NCBI GenBank assembly: GCA_009773495.1
Contig: WSXW01000001.1
Coordinates: 128,088-192,087, forward strand
Direction of reading: 5' to 3'
DNA length: 64,000 nt
Source: Bacillota bacterium
Lineage (GTDB): Bacteria > Bacillota > UBA994
Part shown: positions 28,838-38,790 of the stretch, one piece after another
Position numbering within the stretch: the stretch's first letter is position 1
Layout of the letters: each line of letters starts with the position of its first letter
The notes under the pieces: generated by a model
What the model saw: only the letters and a program-made list of their open reading frames with translations
Databases searched by the model: none
What the model was told of the DNA's origin: nothing
Program-made: the position numbers and the translations under genes

Positions 28838-29770
28838 TCAGTCTCTTAACGCTCTGCCTGTAAGGTGAAGGAATACTGCTTCTAGGTTAGCTTCTTTTAT
28901 ATCTACAGAACGCAGCTTTACACGGTAATCCGCCAAGACTTGAGTCACGGCCGCAAGCGCTTGGGCAGCATCACCAGCAGTTATTTGCAGAACCTCTAGG
29001 GTGGCCGCAACTGTATTCAGCTCGCTCAAGCCATGTAATGTAGCCAGCAGTCCCTCAGGGAGGCTCGACACCTGCAAAACTAGCGTAGCAACCTCACCCA
29101 CAATACGGCGCAACTCAGGCACCGTGCCTTCAGCAATAATTTTACCGTGATCTATAATGCCGATGCGTGTACATAAGAATTCGACTTCTTCCATGTAGTG
29201 GCTAGTATAGACTATGGTGAGGCCGGCGGCGTTCAGCTTTTTAACTGTCTCTAAAATATGGTTGCGGGACTGGGGATCCACACCAACCGTAGGTTCATCC
29301 ATTATAAGGACCTTAGGTTCATGCAATAATGCAGCAGCGATATTCACACGGCGCTTCATTCCACCCGAAAAAGTCTCAATCGTAGACTTAGCTCGGTCGC
29401 TTAGGCCAACAATCTGTAATACCTCTGCTACCCTCTGGGCAAGCTTGGCCCCGCCTAAACCGTACATGCGCCCCCAGTAAGTAAGGTTCTCTGTGGCTGT
29501 GAGTTCGGGGTATAGAGCAATCTCTTGAGGCACATAGCCCATGCATGACTTGGCCTGCTCCGGCTGCTTAATGAGAGGAAACCCATTCACCACCACTTCT
29601 CCTGTGGTAGGCTTAAGCAGACCAAAGATCATGCCTATGGTTGTAGACTTGCCTGCACCATTAGGTCCTAGCAAGCCATATGCTTCTCCCTCTTTTACCC
29701 CGAAAGAGATTTGATCCACGGCTTTTTTATCTTTGAAGGACTTAGATAAATTTTTGACCTCAAGGATCAT
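28838..29770 (-). CDS. ABC transporter ATP-binding protein
   Basis: Walker A GPNGAGKST; signature LSGGMKRR. Confidence 0.85.
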   Translation of the reverse strand: MILEVKNLSKSFKDKKAVDQISFGVKEGEAYGLLGPNGAGKSTTIGMIFGLLKPTTGEVVVNGFPLIKQPEQAKSCMGYVPQEIALYPELTATENLTYWGRMYGLGGAKLAQRVAEVLQIVGLSDRAKSTIETFSGGMKRRVNIAAALLHEPKVLIMDEPTVGVDPQSRNHILETVKKLNAAGLTIVYTSHYMEEVEFLCTRIGIIDHGKIIAEGTVPELRRIVGEVATLVLQVSSLPEGLLATLHGLSELNTVAATLEVLQITAGDAAQALAAVTQVLADYRVKLRSVDIKEANLEAVFLHLTGRALRD

Positions 29771-29843
29771 TATGCAACCTCCCTAAAATACCCAGAATAC
29801 CTCACTAACATTCTAATCACTGCTTCTCTTATCTTGAATATCC

Positions 29844-30740
29844 TTATGACCCTGCCTTTTCCGGAACAGCGTTTTTTGCAGGCGCTGGCTTCTTCTTAGG
29901 CGCGGTATAGCGATTGATCAGCGGTACGGCGGCGTTTAGACCCAAGATGGCAAAGGTCGTACCTTCAGGCAGCGGGCTAAAGAAGCGCATCGCCATAATT
30001 CCCCCCCCGATCAGCACACCAAATATCCAGCGCCCTGTTTGGGTGCGCGGCGAAGTTACCGGGTCGGTAGCCATAAAGAAAGCGCCGAGAAGAAGGCTCC
30101 CCGAAAGAAGATGAAAGAGAGGGTCTTGCCCTACCACAATGGCTAGCGCCGCCACAACGGCCATAGAACCAACGGGTATGCGCCAGTTGGCAAATTTCTG
30201 CTGCGCAAGCCAGATAAAGCTGATGACCAAAGCCAGAACTGATGTCTCGCCAATGGAGCCCGGCACATGACCAGTAAACAAATCAACTAGAGAAGCTACC
30301 GCTCCTCCCGCCCGATGTATTTGCAGAGGCGTAGCCGAGGTCATCAAGTCTACCGGAGTCAACCACGGTCGCATGGTACCAGGGAAAGCCAAAACAATGA
30401 AGAGTCGCCCGAGCAATGCCGGATTAAAGAGATTCTTGCCAAAGCCCCCAAAGAGCTGCTTTCCTACGATGATGGCGAAGGAGGCGCCGATTGCCGCGAT
30501 ATATAGTGGCAAGGAAGGAGATAAACTCAGACCAAAAAGCAGCCCAGTCACTACCGCACTTAGGTCCTTGATCTTGATCGGCCTCTTGAGAGCAAACTGC
30601 CACAACGCTTCGCTCGCTACCGCCGCTGCCACACTAACAATGAGCAACCATAACGCCGGTAACCTAAAAAACCACAGCGCTGCCATAGTGATTGGTAATA
30701 GGGCTAACAGCATCGCCCGCATCATCTTCAAGTTACGCAC
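29844..30740 (-). CDS. stand-alone RnfD/NqrB-family membrane protein (flavinylation motif retained)
   Basis: KQLFGGFGKNLFNPA and FFMATDPVTSP signatures; SATPL (FMN-Thr attachment-type motif); 298 aa; no other Rnf/Nqr subunits in the window. Confidence 0.65.
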   Translation of the reverse strand: MRNLKMMRAMLLALLPITMAALWFFRLPALWLLIVSVAAAVASEALWQFALKRPIKIKDLSAVVTGLLFGLSLSPSLPLYIAAIGASFAIIVGKQLFGGFGKNLFNPALLGRLFIVLAFPGTMRPWLTPVDLMTSATPLQIHRAGGAVASLVDLFTGHVPGSIGETSVLALVISFIWLAQQKFANWRIPVGSMAVVAALAIVVGQDPLFHLLSGSLLLGAFFMATDPVTSPRTQTGRWIFGVLIGGGIMAMRFFSPLPEGTTFAILGLNAAVPLINRYTAPKKKPAPAKNAVPEKAGS

Positions 30741-30825
30741 CTCCTACTCAATTTTAGCCTAATAGTTCCATTTTACTGTAGAAAATATCATTTGCAAGAG
30801 ATAACTATTATTAAATCATTAAACA

Positions 30826-30871
30826 AAAAGGGACGGTTCTTTTTGTCGGAAAACAAAAACCGTCCCTTTTT
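30826..30871. terminator. bidirectional terminator at the rnpB 3' end
   Basis: AAAAAGGGACGGTT...AACCGTCCCTTTTT. Confidence 0.75.
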
Positions 30872-31243
30872 GTCAAGTAGACCTATAAGCCGGGTCCTGT
30901 CCCGCTTGCGCGGTAGTAGTCATCTATCTAGGACATACGTTACCGCATACCTCATCCGCACGTAAGTGCGCGTAGCGACCAACCCGGGAGAACGAGCGAG
31001 CAACTCTTAACTCTCCCCTATTAGGTCTTGCTCCGAGTGGGGTTTACCTAGCCAAACTAGTCGCCTAGTTGCTGGTGAGCTCTTACCTCACCTTTTCACC
31101 CTTGCAAGCATCGCTTGCGGTATATCTCTGTGGCACTTTCCTTCGGGTCGCCCCGACTGGTTGTTAACCAGCACTCTGCCCTATGGAGCCCGGACTTTCC
31201 TCGAAAGCGTAAACACGCTTCGCGACTACTCAGTCTACTTGAC
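30872..31243 (-). ncRNA. rnpB: RNase P RNA (bacterial, type B-like)
   Basis: CGAGGAAAGUCCGGGCUCC P4 5' strand and ACAGGACCCGGCUUA P4 3' strand; P1 pairing GUCAAGUAGAC/GUCUACUUGAC; promoter TTGCAC-18-TAGAAT. Confidence 0.85.
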
Positions 31244-31347
31244 ATTTTATTTTATTCTACAACGCACACTTTTGCAAGTGCAACCGTCATGTTAACATAA
31301 TACCACTTTGCATCTTAAACAACAAAACACAAAATCTTACTGTGGTT

Positions 31348-32037
31348 TCACCAAATACCCGTCTTTAAATCCTGCATCCAGAGTTCAATCTGCTGTCTTT
31401 TAACAGCAACATGTTCTGTTCTGGCTTTAGTTAGTTCTAAAAGTATGCCTTCCCAGTGCTTGAGATCACGCGCTATGATTTGCTTTAGCAGGTCACTGTG
31501 ACGCTTAAAATTTAGACGCCCATACTCAAGTTCTAGGCGATTATATTCTTGCAGCTCACTGCCGGGTTGCGCTTTTATTATTTGGTAAATAAACCCACCA
31601 TCAGCTACGAGCTGTTCGTCAACTATCACCAAACCATTCTGTAGAAGATACGCCCTAAGCTCCCCCGCATCGACATTGGGCTGCAGTACTAACTGCGCCA
31701 CGGACTCAAGGCGATCGCGACCGTTACTGAGAATGCCCTTAATAGTACCCCCGCCCATGCCGGCTATACATACTGCATCAGCTTCGTCTCTCTGTAGGGG
31801 TTTTAATCCATCACCCAAACGAACATCAACTGCCGTAGCCAAGCCCTGCTGCTCTACAGTCCTCTGCGTTTGCTCAAATGGCAACTGATTTATCTCCACG
31901 GCAATGCCACGCCTAGCTCGGCCAGCTTGGACAGCAGTGGTAATCAGGTATCCGTGGTCGCTGCCTATATCAGCTAAACACTCACAGGGCGCAAACATCG
32001 ACAGCACCACCCCTAATCTCGAGGAAAGCAATTCCAT
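31348..32037 (-). CDS. trmK: tRNA (adenine22-N1)-methyltransferase
   Basis: DIGSDHGYL motif; YqfN orthologue position. Confidence 0.75.
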   Translation of the reverse strand: MELLSSRLGVVLSMFAPCECLADIGSDHGYLITTAVQAGRARRGIAVEINQLPFEQTQRTVEQQGLATAVDVRLGDGLKPLQRDEADAVCIAGMGGGTIKGILSNGRDRLESVAQLVLQPNVDAGELRAYLLQNGLVIVDEQLVADGGFIYQIIKAQPGSELQEYNRLELEYGRLNFKRHSDLLKQIIARDLKHWEGILLELTKARTEHVAVKRQQIELWMQDLKTGIW

Positions 32038-32229
32038 GATTACACCATCCTATACATTAATCTAGGAAGGGCAAGGTTTTATATACTATAATATTATAAT
32101 AACTGGAAACTTTTTTGAGAGAGACCTCCACTCATTGCGATGACAATTGAACAACATGCCTAGTAGTAATTGACAGACAAGTGTCATGAATATAGGATAA
32201 AACAAAGGAACCAAGGTGGGGTGAAGTAA

Positions 32230-32946
32230 TTGCGTGTTCAGCGCCTCATGGCTATAATTTTACTGTTGGAGTCGCGGGGGAAAGTAAGAGCACAGGACTT
32301 GGCAGCAGTGCTTGAGACCTCGGAGCGAACTATTTACAGAGATGTCGAGGACCTCTGTGCCGCGGGCGTACCTATAGTAGCACAAAGTGGACCACACGGC
32401 GGCCTCAGTTTGGCCGAGAGCTACAGCCTAAAACCGGAGGGGCTAGACACCGAGGATATTATCAATCTCTATATGTGTGGTATTAGCATCCGGCCCCAGG
32501 CTCAAAGTGCAGTAAATATTAATTTGAAATCTACTTTGGCAATGCTAGAGCAGGCGCTCCCCCTCGCATATCGCGCCGATGTCGAGAAGGCCCAAAAGAG
32601 CTTCTTCTTTGATCCCACTCCCTCGTGGCGAACAGCACCCGAGATTGCCCACATGGACAGGCTCCGTAAAGCCGTATGGAACACCCTGAAGATCCGTGTT
32701 CAATACATCAACGGCAGTTACTCTACCAACAGCACAATCCTGCCCTATGGCCTAGTAGTTAAGCACACAGATTGGTATGTCGTTGGGCATTGTCACATGC
32801 GTCAAACAGTGAGAGCTTTACGTTGCGACCGGATTCGTAATGTGACAGTGCTAGAGGAAAGTTTTACTGTCCCACCCTCTTTTGATCTTGAAGTATTCTG
32901 GCAGAAATGGATGCGTGAGTCTGCCAATTCTATAGACAGAGTGTAG
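32230..32946 (+). CDS. HTH plus WYL-domain transcriptional regulator (YafY/BrxR-like)
   Basis: TTG start; SERTIYRDVEDL HTH; candidate operator TGACA-N6-TGTCA at 32171-32186 over the -35. Confidence 0.7.
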   Translation: MRVQRLMAIILLLESRGKVRAQDLAAVLETSERTIYRDVEDLCAAGVPIVAQSGPHGGLSLAESYSLKPEGLDTEDIINLYMCGISIRPQAQSAVNINLKSTLAMLEQALPLAYRADVEKAQKSFFFDPTPSWRTAPEIAHMDRLRKAVWNTLKIRVQYINGSYSTNSTILPYGLVVKHTDWYVVGHCHMRQTVRALRCDRIRNVTVLEESFTVPPSFDLEVFWQKWMRESANSIDRV

Positions 32947-32982
32947 AAACCCGTGGTACTAGGAGGAGGAACTCACTTGATG

Positions 32983-33843
32983 AATGTAAGATACGGACAA
33001 CTAGACGACACCGAGCGCATAATGGCATTGCTAAGCAAGGTGTGGGCAGATGACTATGTCCCCCATCTGTGGACCGAGTGGGTTCAGCAGCCCGAGTGTG
33101 GCATCGTGCTAGTGGCTGAGTGCGAGGGAAGTATTGTGGGTACATGCTACGTAGATTTTATGGCGAATGACACGTGCTGGTTTCAGGCCATGCGAGTGCA
33201 CCCAGGCTATAGGCGACTCGGCGTAGGTACGGAACTGACCAAGGTCTGTTTACAAGAAGCCAAGGCCCGTGGCAAGCACGCTGCCTACCTAGGGATAGAG
33301 GCCGATAACAGTGCCTCCGCCAACATGACGATCAAGCAAGGCTTCGTAAAATTACTTGACTTTAGACGGCTAATTACTAAATTGCTCCCCTGCGAAATCT
33401 TATCCCCTCGGCAAACAATGTGGCGACAAGCCACAGAGGGGGATATCGCCGCCATGTTACGGATCTGCAACACGACGATGGCGCCAGGGCCAATCTTTGC
33501 TTGCTGGCAATGGGAGCCCCTTAGCCACGATGCTTTAGAGCGCAACATCCGCCACGAGACTTTATGGGTTTGGGGTTCCTTAGGCGAAATTCGTGTATGG
33601 GCCGGGTTTGAAAACCACAAGCCTGAGTACCATTTGTTTTCACCAAGCGGCGCCGTTCAGGATATTAAGGCTGCACTAGATGACCTTTTGGACTTTATCC
33701 AAGGCCCAGACGAGGTGGCCTTAAAGTTTTGGATACACAATGAAAGCCCAGTTATCACCTATCTGAAGACCATAGGATTTATCGAGGAAGACGGCTATAC
33801 CATCTGGGAGTATAATCTCAATTCACAACTGATCGCCCACTAA
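32983..33843 (+). CDS. GNAT-family N-acetyltransferase (tandem GNAT-like halves)
   Basis: ATG at 32983 (track ORF begins 32953); acetyl-CoA loop RRLGVGTEL. Confidence 0.65.
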   Translation, partial: NVRYGQLDDTERIMALLSKVWADDYVPHLWTEWVQQPECGIVLVAECEGSIVGTCYVDFMANDTCWFQAMRVHPGYRRLGVGTELTKVCLQEAKARGKHAAYLGIEADNSASANMTIKQGFVKLLDFRRLITKLLPCEILSPRQTMWRQATEGDIAAMLRICNTTMAPGPIFACWQWEPLSHDALERNIRHETLWVWGSLGEIRVWAGFENHKPEYHLFSPSGAVQDIKAALDDLLDFIQGPDEVALKFWIHNESPVITYLKTIGFIEEDGYTIWEYNLNSQLIAH

Positions 33844-33886
33844 TCAACAGCAGGCGCCCTTTGTGGCTGCCCGCTGTTCGTTTTCC

Positions 33887-35107
33887 TTACTGGCTATATA
33901 GTTCAATAATCTTTAGGATGACTTGAACAGCCTTCTCCATTGACTGGATGGGCACATACTCGAAAGTGCCGTGGGCATTATGACCGCCCGTGAAAAGGTT
34001 AGGGCAAGGGAGACCCATGTAGGATAGTCGTGCGCCATCAGTGCCCCCGCGCACGGGCATGGTTACTGGTTCAATGCCTAGCTCACGCATAGCCTGGCGC
34101 GCTGTCTCTACAATGTGCATTACAGGCTCAATTTGCTCCTCCATATTATAGTACGAGTCAGCAAGGTCAAGCGTAAAGGCACCCCCGTACACGCCATTGA
34201 GATAAGCGGTAATCGCCTGGATTCGTTCTTTCCGTGCAGTAAATTTAAGTTTACTATGGTCACGGATGATATATTTGAGGGTAGCTTGCTCAGGCACTCC
34301 CTGCAGCTCTGTCAGATGATAAAAGCCTTCATACCCCTCCGTGTGCACTGGGCGGTCTGAAGCTGGTAGCATGGCATTAAACTCCATGGCCATTAGTAAG
34401 GCATTCTTCATCTTATTCTTAGATGCGCCGGGGTGAATGTTTTTTCCCTTGACCGTAATCTTGGCAGAAGCAGCGTTAAATGTCTCGTACTCAATTCCGC
34501 CTACAGCCCCGCCGTCAAGGGTATACGCAAAATCGGCACCATACTTAGCTACGTCAAATTTGGCGGTGCCACGAGCAATTTCTTCATCGGGGGTAAAGGC
34601 CAGCTTAATAGTACCATGCTCTATCTCGGGATGTGCTAGTAAATACTCAACGGCTGTTAGTATTTCAGCAATTCCGGCTTTATCATCTGCACCCAGCAGA
34701 GTGGTGCCGTCGGTGGTGATGATATCTTGGCCCACATAACGCAGCAGCTCCGGGTACTCCTTCGGCGACATAATTATGCCTTGCTCTTTGTTGAGCACTA
34801 GATCGTTGCCATCATAATCCCTAAAAAACTGGGGCTTGATGTCTCGTGACTGCACATCTGCCACAACGTCCATATGCGCAATTAAACCGATAACTGGTAT
34901 CTTCTTAGCTGTAGTTGCAGGCAAAGTGGCGTAAACGTAACCCCATTCGTCCATGTGAGCATCTTTAAGCCCCATGGCCAATATTTCTGCAGCAAGAACC
35001 TTACCGAATTCCAATTGAAGGGCTGTGCTAGGCTGGATGGGTGAATTAGCGTCAGACGCCGTGTCAAAACTGACGTAATTCAAGAATCTCTCTACTACCT
35101 TGCTCAT
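33887..35107 (-). CDS. pepT: peptidase T (tripeptide aminopeptidase)
   Basis: M20B family, 406 aa. Confidence 0.85.
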   Translation of the reverse strand: MSKVVERFLNYVSFDTASDANSPIQPSTALQLEFGKVLAAEILAMGLKDAHMDEWGYVYATLPATTAKKIPVIGLIAHMDVVADVQSRDIKPQFFRDYDGNDLVLNKEQGIIMSPKEYPELLRYVGQDIITTDGTTLLGADDKAGIAEILTAVEYLLAHPEIEHGTIKLAFTPDEEIARGTAKFDVAKYGADFAYTLDGGAVGGIEYETFNAASAKITVKGKNIHPGASKNKMKNALLMAMEFNAMLPASDRPVHTEGYEGFYHLTELQGVPEQATLKYIIRDHSKLKFTARKERIQAITAYLNGVYGGAFTLDLADSYYNMEEQIEPVMHIVETARQAMRELGIEPVTMPVRGGTDGARLSYMGLPCPNLFTGGHNAHGTFEYVPIQSMEKAVQVILKIIELYSQ

Positions 35108-35335
35108 TTAAATACTTCCTCCTTAACTTACCTACAAGCCTTTATTTATTCGCTTTATTCTACTCTTTTACCTGCCCTGCCGCCAGATTATTGAATAATA
35201 TCGCCCCTAGCGGTACGTTTATCCAAAAGAGATGAGGGTTGAAGAGCCTGAAGGTAGCAAGGAAAGTCAAAACTCCACCAAGGTCAGCGCAGTGTACACA
35301 GTATCTGAGAAGCATTTATATTAGGAGGGATAGGA

Positions 35336-36223
35336 ATGAAAAAAAGGGTCTTCTACATCCTCGACGTGTTCGCGGAACAGAAATATGCAGGGAACCAGTT
35401 AGCAGTCATTCGTGACGCAACAGAGCTTACGAGTGACGAGATGCAACTGTTAACACGGGAAATGAACTATAGCGAATCTACCTTTGTTCTTTCTGATCGA
35501 GAGAGAGAAGGAGGTTATGACGTCCGCATTTTTACTCCGGGCGAGGAGGTGCCCTTTGCCGGACATCCCACCTTGGGCACGGCTTTTATTGTTCAGCAGG
35601 AAGTCATACAGCAACCTGTGGAGCAGGTCATATTGAACCTAAAGGTGGGACAGATCCCCGTCCGCTTCACATACAGAGATGACAAACCCGACGTACTATG
35701 GATGAAGCAAGTGCAACCAGAGTTTTGGCAAACCATCGAGCCAAGTGTGATGGCAGAATTACTGCAAATTGACGAGAACGATATCGACATTAGCTTTCCC
35801 ATTCAAGAAGTCTCCACAGGCCTGCCGTTTATGATTGTGCCACTTAAGTCGCTTGATGCGGTACGTCGGGCTCGGCCAGACACCCGGCAGCTACTCAAGT
35901 TCGTGGAGAGCTACACTGCTAAAAACGTCCTAGTATTCGCCCCGGAGACATATAGTACCGACAATCAGTTGAATGCCCGGGTCTTCACCGATTACCTTGG
36001 CATCCCCGAGGATCCTGCCACCGGTAGCGCTAACGGATGTTTGGCTGGCTACTTAGTCAAATACCGCTATTTTGGAGAACCTCAGGTTCAGGTTCGCGTG
36101 GAGCAAGGCTATGAAATGGGTCGGCCTTCTCTCCTGCTACTCGACGCCCGAGAAGAAAACGGCGGCATTAACATTCGCGTCGGCGGCAAAGTCATTCTCG
36201 TCGCCAAGGGAGAGCTGGAATAG
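35336..36223 (+). CDS. PhzF-family isomerase
   Basis: 295 aa PhzF fold. Confidence 0.8.
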   Translation: MKKRVFYILDVFAEQKYAGNQLAVIRDATELTSDEMQLLTREMNYSESTFVLSDREREGGYDVRIFTPGEEVPFAGHPTLGTAFIVQQEVIQQPVEQVILNLKVGQIPVRFTYRDDKPDVLWMKQVQPEFWQTIEPSVMAELLQIDENDIDISFPIQEVSTGLPFMIVPLKSLDAVRRARPDTRQLLKFVESYTAKNVLVFAPETYSTDNQLNARVFTDYLGIPEDPATGSANGCLAGYLVKYRYFGEPQVQVRVEQGYEMGRPSLLLLDAREENGGINIRVGGKVILVAKGELE

Positions 36224-36299
36224 CTTTCCCCTAACTGCCAAGAAGCACAAAAAACCATTGACGGGATGCTAGAGATAATCAGGAAAGGGGATGGTTTAA

Positions 36300-37163
36300 A
36301 TGAGCGATGCGGTCTTTCAAGTCCAAGATCTTAGATTTGCGTACCCCCGCAACAAGGAAGAGACCATTAAGGGTATTTCTTTTGAGTTTAGCCAAGGTGA
36401 AATCTTTGGGTTTTTGGGCCCTTCAGGCGCAGGTAAGTCGACCACGCAAAAACTCTTAATCAAGATGCTCAAAGACTATAAGGGACAGGCATTGTACCGA
36501 GGTAAAGATCTGAAGGCTTACGGTAAAGAATTCTTTAGCGAGATTGGCGTCGGCTTTGAGATGCCCGTGCATTTCTCCAAGCTAACAGCACTCGAAAACA
36601 TTGAATTCTTCAAGCGCCTCTACCCCCGACACACCGATGTGGAGAGCCTAATGAAGCGCATCGGCCTGTGGGAGCACCGCAATAAGAAACTCTCCGAATA
36701 CTCTAAGGGCATGAAAATGCGCCTAAACTTTGTGAGAGCGTTACTAAATGACCCCAAGGTGCTATTTCTCGATGAGCCAACTAACGGACTTGACCCGCAT
36801 AACGCCCGCATCATAAAAGACATCATCCTAGAATTTAGAGCTGCAGGTGGAACTGCTTTCCTCACCACGCACCTGATGCACGACGCTGACGAACTTTGTG
36901 ACCGAGTGGCTTTTATTGCCGAGGGAGAAATCCGTGAGATTGATTCACCCAAGAACCTCAAGCTGCGCTTTGGACAACGCACAATCACCGTGGAATACGA
37001 GGATGGGGAACGTTGTATAGAGACCTTCGATATGACAACCCTTAGAAAGAACGAGTTATTCTTCGATATTATGCGCACTAAAAATTTAACTACTATCCAT
37101 AGTGGAGAAACGACCCTAGATGACATCTTCATCAAGGTCACAGGAGTGAAGCTCCATGGATAG
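36300..37163 (+). CDS. ABC transporter ATP-binding protein
   Basis: Walker A GPSGAGKST. Confidence 0.85.
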   Translation: MSDAVFQVQDLRFAYPRNKEETIKGISFEFSQGEIFGFLGPSGAGKSTTQKLLIKMLKDYKGQALYRGKDLKAYGKEFFSEIGVGFEMPVHFSKLTALENIEFFKRLYPRHTDVESLMKRIGLWEHRNKKLSEYSKGMKMRLNFVRALLNDPKVLFLDEPTNGLDPHNARIIKDIILEFRAAGGTAFLTTHLMHDADELCDRVAFIAEGEIREIDSPKNLKLRFGQRTITVEYEDGERCIETFDMTTLRKNELFFDIMRTKNLTTIHSGETTLDDIFIKVTGVKLHG

Positions 37164-37878
37164 GGTTTTGATCTTATACAAAGGTGAAATGAATCGGACC
37201 GTAAAATACGGCATTACAGGCGCTAGCCTAGCTGCCACGGTTTTGTGGGTACTGGCACTGCAATTTAGCCAGGCGGGTAGCGTAACAGCTCTTTTCCCTT
37301 TAGTGCTTTACATTGATACCACACTTATGTCATTCCTATTGGCTGGCGTAACCTTGGTCTTTGAAACTCAGGAAAACGTGCTTCAGTCTTTTTTGGTTAC
37401 ACCCATAAACACCACGGAATTTCTTCTAGCCAAAGGCCTAGCGGTGGTTACTTCTAGCGTTATAACATTTGGTCTACTCACTACGTATGGAATACTTTTC
37501 AAAAACTTGAGCGTTAACATTCTGGGTCTATTGGCAGCGGTTATCGTCATCTCCTTTGCATTTGCGCAGCTAGGGATCTTGATGACCTACTTCTCCAAAG
37601 ACTTCACCGACCTCCTCATGGGTATGTTTAAGTTTGCCATCGTGTTTTCGCTTCCTACCATGCTAGTTTTCCTGAATGTATTTAACGCGCGCTGGCTTAC
37701 CACACTGCAATACATCAATCCTACCAAGCATGCCATTACCCTACTACAAGCCTCAGTCTTCCCCGTTCCACAGCAAGACCTCATCATCTCTATCGTATAC
37801 ATTTTAGTGCTCTCTATCGCTGGATTTGTCGGTGCATACAAACTGTTTGACGGCTATGTCGTAAAAGGAGGGGCATAG
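37156..37878 (+). CDS. ABC transporter permease (6 TM)
   Basis: overlaps ATPase stop; hydrophobic. Confidence 0.65.
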   Translation: MDRVLILYKGEMNRTVKYGITGASLAATVLWVLALQFSQAGSVTALFPLVLYIDTTLMSFLLAGVTLVFETQENVLQSFLVTPINTTEFLLAKGLAVVTSSVITFGLLTTYGILFKNLSVNILGLLAAVIVISFAFAQLGILMTYFSKDFTDLLMGMFKFAIVFSLPTMLVFLNVFNARWLTTLQYINPTKHAITLLQASVFPVPQQDLIISIVYILVLSIAGFVGAYKLFDGYVVKGGA

Positions 37879-38598
37879 ATGTTTATTCTTAATTACTTCA
37901 AATTTGAGCTGAAGAAATGGTCCCGTGATTCCTTTACCAGCTTTATACTAGTTTACCCCCTGCTTATGGGGACAGCCGGTCGATACCTCGTGCCCTTAAT
38001 CGAAAAGCAAATGGGAAGCGACCTTAGCCCGACCTACCCCATTATTCTTGTTACTCTAAGCATGGTCTCGGCTAAGATCGCTGGCGCAGTAGTTGGCTTC
38101 TCCATCTTAGACGATCGTGATGATAACATCCTCTACACTGTAAAAGTCGCGCCACTCAGCATGGAAGTCTTTATTGGGCTGAAGCTATTGCTAGTGTATA
38201 TACTGAGCGTTATTGGAACTGTCTTTGTGCTATGGTTCTCTAACTTAGGGCTGCTACCCTGGGGGACAATAATCAGCATTTCCCTCGTCGCTGCCATTCA
38301 GGCACCCCTTCTGGCACTGTTGATTAACTACATTGCCTCGAATAAAGTGGAAGGATTCGCAGCCATTAAAGGCCTTAATGTGCTTATCGTGTTCCCGGTT
38401 GTAGCACTCTTCTTCCATGATATCAAGGAGTTCCTTTTCGCTATTGAGCCATCGTTCTGGCCCGCTAAAGCCCTCTACGGGGCGCTGACAGGAGTGCCCC
38501 AGCAGTTGTCGTATAGTGGCTATTACATTACTGGCTTGGCATACGGACTATTGGCGACTTACCTTGCTTACAGAGCATTTGCTAAAAAGGTCTACTAA
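37879..38598 (+). CDS. ABC transporter permease (second subunit)
   Basis: adjacent, 6 TM. Confidence 0.65.
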   Translation: MFILNYFKFELKKWSRDSFTSFILVYPLLMGTAGRYLVPLIEKQMGSDLSPTYPIILVTLSMVSAKIAGAVVGFSILDDRDDNILYTVKVAPLSMEVFIGLKLLLVYILSVIGTVFVLWFSNLGLLPWGTIISISLVAAIQAPLLALLINYIASNKVEGFAAIKGLNVLIVFPVVALFFHDIKEFLFAIEPSFWPAKALYGALTGVPQQLSYSGYYITGLAYGLLATYLAYRAFAKKVY

Positions 38599-38790
38599 TA
38601 ATTATAAGAGGGTAAAGGTAGCACCCTGTTTATTACGGTTGGCGCCCTGATCTTCACTGTAGGAACGTGTTGGGTAGCATGGTAAGCAGCAGATAGGTAA
38701 CACTAACTGAGTGCAAAGAATTTTCATTTGAGGAGTGAAACACATGCAACGCAGCAAAGGAAAAGAACGCGCGCTGAGGTGAGTTTATTG

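Noticed and set aside
31115-31300. 61-aa plus-strand ORF
   Set aside because: It overlaps the RNase P RNA gene on the opposite strand, and the region is explained by rnpB.
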